The notes beneath the pieces are model-generated. The model was not told the DNA's origin, did not search any database, and was given only the letters and a program-made list of their open reading frames with translations. From contig JAVRCV020000031.1 in the NCBI GenBank assembly GCA_034530615.2, forward strand, positions 32,001-96,000: DNA of 64,000 nucleotides, in the 5' to 3' direction. The stretch's first letter is position 1, and the number at the start of each line of letters is the position of its first letter. Made by a program: the position numbers and the translations under genes. Of this stretch, positions 40,456 through 50,777 are shown in pieces. The stretch is from Aulosira sp. ZfuVER01 (GTDB taxonomy: Bacteria > Cyanobacteriota > Cyanobacteriia > Cyanobacteriales > Nostocaceae).

Positions 40456-40498
40456 TAAAGCACAATGACAAGTAAATAAGGATGCAGTGAAAACTTAG

Positions 40499-40527
40499 AT
40501 CCCTGACTTCTTTGAGAAGTCGGGGAT
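40499..40527. repeat. Short palindromic dispersed repeat, copy 2
   Basis: ATCCCTGACTTCT-TTG-AGAAGTCGGGGAT; related to 12610-12638. Confidence 0.75.
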
Positions 40528-40625
40528 TTGATTATCGTCAGTTATATTTATATCTCACATAAAACAGGGCATTTTAGCTGAAAACTAATATAAATCTGCA
40601 TTGTCAGCACAGCCGATTAATTGTC

Positions 40626-41360
40626 ATGATTACTCTATACAAAACACCTCCAGCGTGGAATTTACCAAGTCTTAGCCCACCCTGTATGAAGCTTGAAACT
40701 TGGCTACGTATGGCCAAAATCTTTTACAAAACTAATACAAACATCGATTTAGCAGCAGCCCCAAAAGGCAAGATACCATTCATCGAATATCAAGGAGAGC
40801 TAATTGGTGACTCCACTTTAATTATTGAGATGTTGAAGCAAAAAGATGGTACAGACCTCGATGAAGGCTTGACAGCTACTGAAAGTGCCACATCTCTTGC
40901 TTTCCGTAGAATGATCAAAGAGAACATTTACTGGGGTCTGGGTGAGATTCGCTTTCAGGTTGAAGAAAATTGGCAAATCTATCGAGAACTATTAGCTAAG
41001 TACTTTCCTCAAATGCCAACAGTCGAATTACAAAACCTTTTGGAAGGTATACGTCAAAGTTTTTGCTCTCAGATGTATGGTCATGGTATGGGTCGTCATA
41101 GCAGTGAGGAAATATTTTTTCTAATAAGTGCTGATTTCCAAGCACTCTCAGATTTCCTGGCTGAAAAACCATTTTTTATGGGAGATAAACCCACAACTGT
41201 AGATGCAACTTTGTATGCTTATGTCGGTAATGCCATTAAGCCACCATTTAAACACCCTATTATTGACTATGTTCTTCAACTATCAAATCTCTGCCAGCAT
41301 TATGAACGAATGACTCAGCTATTTTTCAGCGATACTGAGTTAGATCGTGGTAGTGCTTGA
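40626..41360 (+). CDS. Glutathione S-transferase family protein (FAX/metaxin-like)
   Basis: SPPCMKLETWLR, PKGKIPFI, GDSTLII, FFMGDKPTTVDA. Confidence 0.87.
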   Translation: MITLYKTPPAWNLPSLSPPCMKLETWLRMAKIFYKTNTNIDLAAAPKGKIPFIEYQGELIGDSTLIIEMLKQKDGTDLDEGLTATESATSLAFRRMIKENIYWGLGEIRFQVEENWQIYRELLAKYFPQMPTVELQNLLEGIRQSFCSQMYGHGMGRHSSEEIFFLISADFQALSDFLAEKPFFMGDKPTTVDATLYAYVGNAIKPPFKHPIIDYVLQLSNLCQHYERMTQLFFSDTELDRGSA

Positions 41361-41484
41361 TTGACCATTTCTGACCTCTTCAGCAACTAGATGTATAATT
41401 TGCTACCAATAATCTAAGATTGATTTTCACGTTACGATCAATAAAGAAGTAATAATTTTCTAAGACATTACCAGGAGATTCTTA

Positions 41485-41703
41485 ATGTTCATTGATGAAT
41501 TGTCACCGATCTTTAAAGAATTTACTCAACATCCAGTCTCATTTTTGGGTGGATTCTTTTCGGGTATGTTTCGGCTCAACCTTGCAGACGATCCCGTAAA
41601 AAGCTGGCTGGATAAACAAACAGGCTCTAGCAATTATACCTCAACTGCAACTGAGGCTAATAATGGTAAAGCGGCTGGCCCCCAACAAATTGCTATTGAA
41701 TAA
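41485..41703 (+). CDS. Conserved small protein (72 aa)
   Basis: AGGAG SD; PVSFLGGF.SG..RLNL..DPV..WL...GPQQIAIE; hairpin downstream. Confidence 0.8.
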   Translation: MFIDELSPIFKEFTQHPVSFLGGFFSGMFRLNLADDPVKSWLDKQTGSSNYTSTATEANNGKAAGPQQIAIE

Positions 41704-41732
41704 TGGTCAGATAATTTAGATTTTAGTAACTG

Positions 41733-41762
41733 GAAGGTCTGCTGATTGTGGGCAGACCTTTA
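41733..41762 (+). terminator. Intrinsic terminator
   Basis: AAGGTCTGC...GCAGACCTT followed by TATCTTT. Confidence 0.6.
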
Positions 41763-41943
41763 TCTTTAACTCTGCTTGCACAGAAGAGCAGATAGCAAGT
41801 TTGATTTACTCAATTCAATTCCTATAGCCATGAGTAAATTACCCTAACTTCAAAACTTATATTCCCATAATAAGCGTGTATTGAAAAAGTACAACTGGGC
41901 AACTGAAGCGGCTAATAGAGAATTCAGTCTGTAAACTATATAT

Positions 41944-42065
41944 GACTTACGCAAAGGTTACGGAATTACGTCATGACGAGCGCAGCGACGTAATCGCCTA
42001 AAATTCTGGGATTGCTTCCCTACACTCCGTTCCGGTCGCAATGACAAATTGTGTTTGCGTAAGCC
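41944..42065. mobile_element. MITE-like element carrying an internal REP-like palindrome
   Basis: Terminal IR GACTTACGCAAA / TTTGCGTAAGCC; inner GTCATGACGAGCGCAGCGACGTAATC...GATTGCTTC...CGCAATGAC. Confidence 0.65.
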
Positions 42066-42358
42066 CTGCTATAAAACAAAATCCTTGAAAATATAATAAT
42101 TATAAGAGTTGCTGATTTTATACTATGAGGGTTTGTAAAATCTCATACTTTGAAAAACAGCACGATCAGTTATTATATGAGCGTACGAGTAAGTTCAGCC
42201 ACATGGCACACATAGTTGTAGACAATACCACAGTTAAGGTTGCCGCCTTACAACATTTGCCAATGATGAATCAGAGGAAACTATGCAAAATTTGCAAGTT
42301 ACTTAGATCTGTTCTTTAGCTGAACTCATCGCTCCTTGTTGAAACTTACGTGACCCAT

Positions 42359-42643
42359 ATGACTATTTACGTTGGAAATCTCTCCTACCGCGCTACCGAA
42401 GCGGACTTAACAGCAGTATTTGCAGATTATGGCGAAGTCAAAAGGGTAGTTTTACCTACCGACCGCGAAACAGGCAGACTGCGGGGCTTTGCATTTGTGG
42501 ATATGACTGAAGATGCCCAAGAAGATGCTGCGATCGCAGAATTAGATGGTGCAGAATGGATGGGGCGTCAACTCAGAGTCAATAAAGCTAAACCAAGAGA
42601 AGATAACCGACGAGGTAGCTGGGCGAAAAAACAAGAGGTATAA
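42359..42643 (+). CDS. rbp: RRM RNA-binding protein (Rbp family, no Gly-rich tail)
   Basis: RNP2 IYVGNL, RNP1 RGFAFV. Confidence 0.93.
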   Translation: MTIYVGNLSYRATEADLTAVFADYGEVKRVVLPTDRETGRLRGFAFVDMTEDAQEDAAIAELDGAEWMGRQLRVNKAKPREDNRRGSWAKKQEV

Positions 42644-43142
42644 AAAGAGCGAAATCTAATAATAACAAATTGTTTTCTAGTTATGCAAGACATTAGTCAG
42701 TAAAATTTACTAGAAACAATGCACAATCAAATAACTTACTAGAATTTTACCCGGCTAGTTATGATGAGTAGGCAAATCTCACCGCTAGTCGGTTTTTCAC
42801 ACCCCAATTTATTGCTTGCAGGACTTACTCACAAGCATTCGCCTATTCCATACCCACAGGGCTTGGTAAACCTCAGTGCATCAGAACTCGATAAATCTGG
42901 AATTATGCGTCGTAGCTACAAGATTTAAGGTACCAAGAATACTAAGTAGATTTGCTCAAATATATCCCTGTACATTGGCGATTGCCCTAGGCAAGACAGC
43001 CAAAATATATTCATTTCTTTAGTTTATCTAAAAACAAATCTAGGTTATCAAATTACCTTTCTAAGATAGAGGCAGCGACCATCATAAATTGTCATAAACG
43101 GCATTAGCCGAATCAACACATAGTCCTAGGGAGAACAAGACA

Positions 43143-44192
43143 ATGACTCAAGCGCCCGAATCTTTAGGTTTGTCCAACAATTACGCTGGGGATAAGACTT
43201 TAGATAGAGATTGTACAACCTTATCCCGTCACGTCTTACAGCAATGTCAAAGTTTTTCCGCAGAGGCGCAGGATTTGAGTGCCCTCATGAATCGAATTGG
43301 TTTGGCAGGCAAACTCATTGCCCGTCACCTTAGCCGTGCTGGCTTAATGGAAGGTGTTCTCGGGTTTACTGGGGAAGTTAACGTGCAGGGTGAATCCGTC
43401 AAAAAGATGGATGTTTATGCCAATGAGGTATTCATAGCTGTTTTTAAGCAAAGTGGCCTAGTTTGTCGTTTAGCTTCCGAGGAAATGGACAAACCCTATT
43501 ACATCCCAGAAAACTGTCCTATTGGCCGCTATACTTTGCTATACGATCCAATTGATGGCTCCTCAAACACCGATAACAATCTCAGTTTGGGTTCTATTTT
43601 TTCCATTCGGCAGCAGGAAGGCGACGATACCGATGGCAAGGCCATTGACTTGCTGACCAATGGACACAAGCAACTTGCCGCAGGATACATACTCTATGGA
43701 CCCAGTACAATGCTGGTCTATACTATAGGTAAGGGCGTTCACTCATTTACTCTTGATCCCAGCTTGGGTGAGTTTATCCTCACAGAAGAAAATATTAAAA
43801 TTCCCAATCACGGTTCGGTGTACAGCGTGAATGAAGGGAATTTTTGGCAGTGGGAAGAATCAATTCGGGAATATATCCGCTATGTTCATCGCACAGAAGG
43901 CTATACAGCTCGCTATAGTGGGGCAATGGTGAGCGATATCCATAGAATTTTAGTTCAAGGCGGAGTGTTTCTTTATCCAGGCACAATTCAAAAACCAGAA
44001 GGCAAATTGCGCCTGCTTTATGAAACTGCACCCCTAGCATTTGTAATTGAGCAAGCAGGAGGTCGAGCTACCACAGGATTGGTAGATATCTTAGATGTAA
44101 TACCGAAAAAATTGCATCAGCGCACGCCTCTAATTATTGGTAGCAGAGAGGATGTAGCTAAGGTGGAGTCTTTTATTCAAAACGGTCACTAG
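43143..44192 (+). CDS. fbp: Fructose-1,6-bisphosphatase class I
   Basis: [34 protein letters not shown]. Confidence 0.96.
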   Translation: MTQAPESLGLSNNYAGDKTLDRDCTTLSRHVLQQCQSFSAEAQDLSALMNRIGLAGKLIARHLSRAGLMEGVLGFTGEVNVQGESVKKMDVYANEVFIAVFKQSGLVCRLASEEMDKPYYIPENCPIGRYTLLYDPIDGSSNTDNNLSLGSIFSIRQQEGDDTDGKAIDLLTNGHKQLAAGYILYGPSTMLVYTIGKGVHSFTLDPSLGEFILTEENIKIPNHGSVYSVNEGNFWQWEESIREYIRYVHRTEGYTARYSGAMVSDIHRILVQGGVFLYPGTIQKPEGKLRLLYETAPLAFVIEQAGGRATTGLVDILDVIPKKLHQRTPLIIGSREDVAKVESFIQNGH

Positions 44193-44285
44193 TACCGCAG
44201 TGCGGAAGTCAAAAGTCAAAAGGAATAGTTCATAGGCTTTTCATATATTTTGAATTACCTTTTTATTTCCGCCAAGCTGTGCTAG
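44189..44285. mobile_element. Degenerate MITE-like insertion at the fbp stop codon
   Basis: CTAG at both ends; imperfect IR CTAGTACCGCAGTGCGGAAGT vs CTAGCACAGCTTGGCGGAAAT (reverse complement of right end). Confidence 0.5.
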
Positions 44286-44523
44286 TAGGGGCCACAAAAG
44301 CAACAATGATGCTTGCAGTATCCGCCACTAAGTAAGTAAAAGTTAATTATGGCGATTGGGAATGCAGAATAGCGCTTTTAAATCTTGAAGTAAACATTAT
44401 CTCAGCTGGTCGATGCGATAAGTGATTGGCAACGCCACAATTCAAAAGTCACCATCAATATTTTGATGGGTTTTGCCAACTTTACTTAAAAACATCATTA
44501 ACAGGAGTGAAATAAACACAGCT

Positions 44524-45669
44524 ATGGCAACCAATCATCTATTAGAGATTAAACAATACGGTCAAAGTATCTGGATGGATAATTTGAGCCGTGACATTAT
44601 TCAATCAGGCGAACTCAAAAATCTGGTTGAGAATCAAGGAATCTGTGGGATTACCTCTAACCCAGCCATTTTTGAAAAAGCGATCGCCGGCAATGTAATT
44701 TATGATGCCGATATAGAAGCCGGAGTCCGTGCTGGCTTACCCACATACAAAATTTATGAATCCCTAGCTTTTGCAGATATCCGCAATGCTTGTGATATTT
44801 TACGCCCTGTATATGAAGCCTCGAATAGACTAGATGGTTATGTGAGTATCGAAGTACCACCAACCATCGCCCATGATACTGAAGCTACAATAGCCGAAGC
44901 CTGCCGTTATTTCCAAGAAATTGGGCGGGAAAATCTAATGATTAAAATTCCTGGTACCGAATCTGGGTTGCCAGCAGTTGAACAGGTAATAGCTGAGGGC
45001 ATTAATGTTAATATCACACTGCTGTTCTCAGTAGAAAGCTACATTAACACAGCTTGGGCTTATATTCGCGGCTTAGAAAAACGGGTCAGTGAAGGTAAGG
45101 ACATCAGCAAAATAGCTTCCGTAGCTAGCTTCTTCCTCAGCCGAATTGACAGCAACATTGACGCCAAGATTGATGCTAAGTTGAAAAAAGGCGTTGATGA
45201 TATTGCCATCGAGGCAAGATTAAAAGCTGTGAAAGGGAAAGTAGCGATCGCCAATGCCAAGATTGCTTATCAAGAATACAAGAAAATTATTGAGAGCGAT
45301 CGCTGGCAAGCCTTAGCCGCGAAAGGAGCGAAAGTACAGCGCTTACTTTGGGCCAGCACTAGCACCAAAGACCCCAGCTACAGCGACGTGATGTATGTCG
45401 ATGAGTTGGTCGGCCCAGATACCGTCAATACTCTACCCCCTGCAACGATTACCGCTTGTGCAGATCACTGTGATGTCGCTAATCGCGTGGAAACAGGTAT
45501 AGAAGAAGCTTACAACCTGATAGAAAGCCTCAAAGATCCTGACATCAATATCGATATCGATAAAGTGATGGATGAACTGCTAGTTGAAGGAATTGACAAA
45601 TTTGTCCAGCCCTTCCAGTCATTAATGAACTCTTTAGAAGGCAAAGTCAAGCTATTGTCACCAGTGTAG
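44524..45669 (+). CDS. tal: Transaldolase
   Basis: GITSNPAIF, MIKIP catalytic Lys, NVNITLLF, LLWASTS; AGGAG before ATG 44524. Confidence 0.96.
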   Translation: MATNHLLEIKQYGQSIWMDNLSRDIIQSGELKNLVENQGICGITSNPAIFEKAIAGNVIYDADIEAGVRAGLPTYKIYESLAFADIRNACDILRPVYEASNRLDGYVSIEVPPTIAHDTEATIAEACRYFQEIGRENLMIKIPGTESGLPAVEQVIAEGINVNITLLFSVESYINTAWAYIRGLEKRVSEGKDISKIASVASFFLSRIDSNIDAKIDAKLKKGVDDIAIEARLKAVKGKVAIANAKIAYQEYKKIIESDRWQALAAKGAKVQRLLWASTSTKDPSYSDVMYVDELVGPDTVNTLPPATITACADHCDVANRVETGIEEAYNLIESLKDPDINIDIDKVMDELLVEGIDKFVQPFQSLMNSLEGKVKLLSPV

Positions 45670-45671
45670 GT

Positions 45672-45808
45672 GTTAGGGGATAGGGTAAGGGAGACAAGGG
45701 AGATGAGGGAGATGATGGGAAATAACCAATGCCCCATGCCCCATACCCCATGCCCCATTCCCAATCCCTCATTTTCAATCCAAAACTCCAAATCTCACAT
45801 CCCAAATT
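45672..45808. repeat. STRR-type short tandem repeats (GGGAGAT(GA), TGCCCCA, CCAAAT variants)
   Basis: Visible 7-9 bp periodicity in the tal-zwf spacer. Confidence 0.8.
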
Positions 45809-45811
45809 GTT

Positions 45812-47341
45812 ATGGTTAGTCTGCTAGAAAATCCCCTGCGCGTTGGTCTGCAACAACAAGGGATGCCCGAACCCCAAATTATAGTTATCTTTGGCGCTTC
45901 AGGCGATCTTACCTGGCGCAAACTCGTACCAGCACTTTACAAATTGCGGCGGGAACGGCGCATTCCCCCAGAAACCACCATTGTTGGTGTGGCACGTCGG
46001 GAGTGGAGCCACGAATACTTCCGCGAGCAAATGCAGAAGGGCATGGAAGAGGCTCATAGTAGTGTCGAGCTAGGGGAACTCTGGCAAGACTTCTCTCAAG
46101 GTCTGTTTTACTGTCCTGGGGACATAGACAACCCTGAAAGCTACCAGAAACTTAAAGACTTATTGAGCGAACTAGACCAAAAACGGGGCACAAGGGGCAA
46201 CAGAATGTTTTACCTTTCTGTGGCTCCTAACTTCTTCCCCGAAGCTATTAGGCAGCTAGGGGGAGCAGGGATGCTAGACGACCCCTATAAGCACCGTCTG
46301 GTGATTGAAAAGCCCTTTGGTAGAGACTTAGCTTCTGCCAAGAGCCTGAATAAAGTTGTGCAGAAATACTGCAAAGAAAACCAGGTTTATCGTATTGACC
46401 ACTACTTAGGTAAAGAAACCGTTCAGAATTTACTAGTATTTCGCTTTGCCAATGCGATTTTTGAGCCTTTGTGGAATCGTCAGTTTGTTGACCACGTGCA
46501 AATTACCGTGGCAGAAACTGTAGGAGTGGAAGACCGAGCTGGGTACTACGAAAAAGCCGGGGCACTGCGGGATATGTTGCAAAACCACTTGATGCAACTT
46601 TACTGCTTGACTGCGATGGAAGCACCGAATTCAATGGATGCTGATAGTATCCGCACGGAAAAAGTTAAAGTGCTTCAGGCAACTAGACTGGCAGATGTGA
46701 ATAATTTGTCACGTTCCTGTATACGCGGTCAATACAGCGCTGGCTGGATGAAAGGGCTACCAGTACCTGGGTATCACCAAGAACCAGGAGTTGATCCTAA
46801 CTCGACAACACCCACCTATGTAGCGATGAAGTTTTTGGTGGATAACTGGCGCTGGCAAGGTGTGCCATTCTATCTGCGAACTGGTAAGCGGATGCCGAAA
46901 AAAGTTAGTGAGATTTCTATCCACTTCCGCGAAGTTCCGTCTCGGATGTTCCAATCTGCCGCACAACAGCGCAATGCCAATATCTTAGCGATGCGAATTC
47001 AACCGAATGAAGGAATCTCCCTGCGTTTTGATGTCAAAATGCCTGGGGCAGAATTCCGCACCCGTTCTGTTGACATGGACTTTAGCTATGGTTCTTTTGG
47101 TATCCAAGCAACTTCTGATGCCTACGATCGCCTATTCCTCGATTGTATGATGGGCGACCAAACATTGTTCACAAGGGCAGATGAAGTGGAAGCAGCTTGG
47201 CAGGTGGTCACACCCGCCCTTTCCGTTTGGGATGCACCCGCAGATCCAGCTACCATTCCCCAGTACGAAGCCGGTACTTGGGAACCAGCAGAAGCAGAAC
47301 TCTTGATAAATCAAGATGGTCGTCGCTGGCGCAGACTCTAA
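45812..47341 (+). CDS. zwf: Glucose-6-phosphate dehydrogenase
   Basis: [20 protein letters not shown]. Confidence 0.97.
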   Translation: MVSLLENPLRVGLQQQGMPEPQIIVIFGASGDLTWRKLVPALYKLRRERRIPPETTIVGVARREWSHEYFREQMQKGMEEAHSSVELGELWQDFSQGLFYCPGDIDNPESYQKLKDLLSELDQKRGTRGNRMFYLSVAPNFFPEAIRQLGGAGMLDDPYKHRLVIEKPFGRDLASAKSLNKVVQKYCKENQVYRIDHYLGKETVQNLLVFRFANAIFEPLWNRQFVDHVQITVAETVGVEDRAGYYEKAGALRDMLQNHLMQLYCLTAMEAPNSMDADSIRTEKVKVLQATRLADVNNLSRSCIRGQYSAGWMKGLPVPGYHQEPGVDPNSTTPTYVAMKFLVDNWRWQGVPFYLRTGKRMPKKVSEISIHFREVPSRMFQSAAQQRNANILAMRIQPNEGISLRFDVKMPGAEFRTRSVDMDFSYGSFGIQATSDAYDRLFLDCMMGDQTLFTRADEVEAAWQVVTPALSVWDAPADPATIPQYEAGTWEPAEAELLINQDGRRWRRL

Positions 47342-47469
47342 AATTTTAGATTTTAGATTGAGGACAAGGCAATTAGGTAATGAGTTACGGATAAATTGAA
47401 AGACCATTAACAGTTACCAATTACCAATTACCGATTCTTAATTCAAAATCTGAAATCACAAATCCAAAA

Positions 47470-47536
47470 GCCGGCGCTCCGACGCCAGATGCTTTCCGAC
47501 GCAAGGCGACAGGAATGCACTGGCTCGACTTTTCGC
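47470..47536 (-). repeat. Nested small dispersed repeat inserted in an AAAATCC STRR tract
   Basis: Minus strand GCGAAAAGTCGAGCCAGTG...CTGGCGT; same architecture as 18894-18991. Confidence 0.65.
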
Positions 47537-47560
47537 AAAATCCAAAATCCAAAATTGACT

Positions 47561-48928
47561 ATGACTCAAGCTCCTACGATTTTCTCACTTCAAACACCAA
47601 AGGATATTTCGCTGACAGAAATAGAAGCGGAACTTAATCAAATTTGGCAAAGTTACGGCATCGCCGGGGAAGATGGTGCGCTTCCTGCGGCCACTCGCGC
47701 CACGACTTTTACTTTAGTGGTTTACGAACCAGAAGAAACTCAGTATTTGTTAGCGGCTTTAGGATTTTATAACGGGCCGATTGATGGGATTTTAGGGCCA
47801 CAAACAAAAGCAGCGCTACGGGAATTTCAAAAAAAATTTGAACTCCCCGAAACAGGAACCGCAAATCCAGAAACCCTAGCTATCTTGCGAGAACAATTTG
47901 CCAAAGGTCAGCGAAACGGGTCTATTGGGGAAAGTAGTGTTTCCTATGGTGTAGATGCAGCTAGCCCCAGGATTGCTGATGAGATTGCTATTCGCAACCC
48001 ATGTCGTATTATTGCGCTGTGTCCCATTGCCGGGGAAGACGAAGGTGTGAAAGCTCAAGTTTCTGCCTATTGCCCCATCCAAAAGCAATCTTCCAGTACA
48101 CTGATTTGCTGTGAATACATCACCTTGTCTGGAACTCCCAGCGCCTTGGAACGGATAGGCGGGATGATTCCAGCTTTGTTGATTGGTGGTTTGCCAAAGT
48201 TTCTCTGGTGGAAAGCAACACCAGACCCCAACAACTCTTTATTTAAGAAACTGGCTGCTGTTTGCAATAATGTCATCGTAGATTCTTGCAACTTTAACGA
48301 ACCAGAACACGATCTACTGAGCTTACAAGCGTTAGTAGAAAATGGTATACCTTTAGCTGATTTGAACTGGCGACGCTTGGCCGCATGGCAAGAATTGACA
48401 GCTCAAGCCTACGATTCACCTCATCGTTGCGCGGCTCTGAGAGACATTGATAGGGTTAACATTGATTACGAAAAAGGCAACCCTACACAAGCGTTGCTGT
48501 TTTTAGGTTGGCTGGCAAGTCGATTGCAATGGCAGCCAATTGCCTATGAAAAAGAAAGCGGAGACTATGATATAGCTAAAATTCGCTTTGTTGCCCAAGA
48601 CCAACTGCAAGTGGAAGCTGAAGTAGCAGGAGTTCCGGTGGCTGATGTAGGTGAAGTGGCTGGCGACTTGATTGCTCTACGTCTTAGCTCTACCAATCCC
48701 AAAGCAGACTGCGGTACAGTGATTTGCACTGAAACTGGTGGTTGTATGCGGATGGAAACACATGGTGGTGCCCAGTCCGCAGGTTTGTTTCAACAAGTCA
48801 GTTCACTTTCGGAACAAAAAGCAGAAGCATTGCTAAGTCAGCAGGTGCAGCGTTGGGGTCATGAGGCACTTTTTGAAGACAGCCTCGCAATAACAGCGCA
48901 ATTATTAAAGTTAGGACAGAAGAGTTAG
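47561..48928 (+). CDS. opcA: G6PDH allosteric activator OpcA (with peptidoglycan-binding-like insert)
   Basis: Follows zwf; NPCRII, YCPI, ICCEYI, DLNWRRL; GPIDGILGPQT. Confidence 0.93.
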   Translation: MTQAPTIFSLQTPKDISLTEIEAELNQIWQSYGIAGEDGALPAATRATTFTLVVYEPEETQYLLAALGFYNGPIDGILGPQTKAALREFQKKFELPETGTANPETLAILREQFAKGQRNGSIGESSVSYGVDAASPRIADEIAIRNPCRIIALCPIAGEDEGVKAQVSAYCPIQKQSSSTLICCEYITLSGTPSALERIGGMIPALLIGGLPKFLWWKATPDPNNSLFKKLAAVCNNVIVDSCNFNEPEHDLLSLQALVENGIPLADLNWRRLAAWQELTAQAYDSPHRCAALRDIDRVNIDYEKGNPTQALLFLGWLASRLQWQPIAYEKESGDYDIAKIRFVAQDQLQVEAEVAGVPVADVGEVAGDLIALRLSSTNPKADCGTVICTETGGCMRMETHGGAQSAGLFQQVSSLSEQKAEALLSQQVQRWGHEALFEDSLAITAQLLKLGQKS

Positions 48929-49080
48929 CTCAACCTGAAAATTAAATACTGCGATCGCCTCCAGATTTTAGGATATTTTTATCTCAATTCTGGAGGCATT
49001 TATCTCACCGTTATTTTTTATTAAAACGAGTCTACGGGTTCCTATACTAATTAAGACTTTCTCAAGACCTGTCTTTTTTT

Positions 49081-50502
49081 ATGGCTTTAGTAATTGCTGG
49101 AGAACGTAGTGGGGTGGGCAAGACAACAGTCACGCTCACCCTTTTAGCAGCTTTATGTCGTCGCGGTATTGGGGTGCAATCTTTTAAAGTCGGCCCGGAC
49201 TATATCGATCCGATGTTTCATCAACACGTGACTGGTCGTGCTTGTCGGAATTTAGACCCAGTGCTGACTTCTGAAGCTTACGTTCAGCAGTGTTTCGCTC
49301 ATCATAGCCAACAGAGTGAATATGCTCTGATAGAAGGCGTAATGGGGCTATTTGATGGCATTTCGTCATTTGTACAGGAACAAGAACGAATAAATGACTT
49401 TGCCAGTACAGCACACATCTCAAGGTTGCTGAATTTACCTGTGGTGTTGGTAATTGATTGCAGTCGCTTGTCTGGTTCTGTGGCAGCGATCGCTCATGGT
49501 TATTGCTCTTTTGATCCCAAAATTAAAATAGCTGGTTTAATACTTAATAGAGTCGGGAGCGATCGCCACCTTTCCCTACTCAAAAATTCCCTAGAATCAT
49601 TACAATTACCCATTCTTGGGGTACTGCGGCGTCAAGATAACATCACAATTCCCGATCGCCATTTGGGTTTAGTACCTACCGCCGAACTTCCCGAACTGGA
49701 TGCTGTCATCAATCGCCTTGCGGACTTAGGTGATGCTTGCTTTGAGTGGGAACGCTTGTTACCTCTGTTGAAGAGTGGGGATGAGGGGGACAAAAAATTC
49801 AAAATTCAAAATTCAAAATTCAAAATTAAGAAATGTTTTACATTGTCTAGTAACTCTGTGGTTAGAGTTGCAGTTGCTCGCGATCGCGCTTTTAATTTCT
49901 ACTATCAAGATAATTTAGATTTACTGCAACATTTGGGTGCAGAACTGGTTTTCTGGAGTCCGCTAGCTGATAGTGAATTACCAGAAAATGTGCAGGGAAT
50001 TTATTTTGGTGGTGGTTTCCCGGAAGTTTTTGCCCAGCAACTTGCAGAGAATACCAGCGTTCGTAACGCAGCGAAAACGGCAATTTTGCAGGGAATGCCA
50101 ACAATTGCTGAGTGTGGCGGATTGATGTATTTGTGCGAGCAAATTATCGATTTTGCTGGTAAATCTTGGCCGATGCTAGGAGTATTACCCACATCTGCGG
50201 AAATGGGAGGACGCTTAACTTTAGGTTATCGTCGCGCAGTCGCCTTACAAGATAGTCTGCTAGTTCCAGCAGCTACAAATGTTTATGGACATGAGTTTCA
50301 TCGTTCGCGGTTAATTTCAGCATCTCATCAACATTTGTTTGAAACTTACCGTTACGACTGCGAAGAAAATATGGGATTTGAAGGTTGGGCTTTACCTGCA
50401 AATATTCACGCTTCTTATATTCATTTACACTGGGGAGCAAGTGTAGAGATACCGCAGCAGTTTATTAATAAATGTCTGGAATTTCAATTGCATTTACGAT
50501 GA
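49081..50502 (+). CDS. cobB: Cobyrinate a,c-diamide synthase
   Basis: SGVGKTT, FKVGPDYIDP, EGVMGLFDG, AECGGLMYL, GHEFH. Confidence 0.93.
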   Translation: MALVIAGERSGVGKTTVTLTLLAALCRRGIGVQSFKVGPDYIDPMFHQHVTGRACRNLDPVLTSEAYVQQCFAHHSQQSEYALIEGVMGLFDGISSFVQEQERINDFASTAHISRLLNLPVVLVIDCSRLSGSVAAIAHGYCSFDPKIKIAGLILNRVGSDRHLSLLKNSLESLQLPILGVLRRQDNITIPDRHLGLVPTAELPELDAVINRLADLGDACFEWERLLPLLKSGDEGDKKFKIQNSKFKIKKCFTLSSNSVVRVAVARDRAFNFYYQDNLDLLQHLGAELVFWSPLADSELPENVQGIYFGGGFPEVFAQQLAENTSVRNAAKTAILQGMPTIAECGGLMYLCEQIIDFAGKSWPMLGVLPTSAEMGGRLTLGYRRAVALQDSLLVPAATNVYGHEFHRSRLISASHQHLFETYRYDCEENMGFEGWALPANIHASYIHLHWGASVEIPQQFINKCLEFQLHLR

Positions 50503-50725
50503 TAAATAGAAGGCAGATGGCAGAAGGCAGATGGCAGAAGGGAAAAGATTAGCTATATCTATTTTCTGAATGATAGCCACCTATTTAAGAAGTTCATAGC
50601 AAACTTATATGATTTGTAAAAGAAGTAACAACGCCTAAACCCCTTATCAATGACAAATGACACCAAATTGAGATAGGTAGTATTATTTGAGATTTCTGGA
50701 ACTGTGGGATGGTAAAAGATTGTTA

Positions 50726-50770
50726 ATCCAAAATCCAAAATCTAAAATCTAAAATCTAAAATCTAAAATT
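50726..50770. repeat. STRR heptamer tract (AAAATC[C/T])n
   Basis: About 6 tandem heptamers; similar tracts near 8823, 47340 and 47537. Confidence 0.9.
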
Positions 50771-50777
50771 GGTATGA

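Noticed and set aside
47489..47560. N-terminal extension of OpcA in the ORF track
   Set aside because: Derived from the repeat insertion and STRR; ATG 47561 is the more plausible start.
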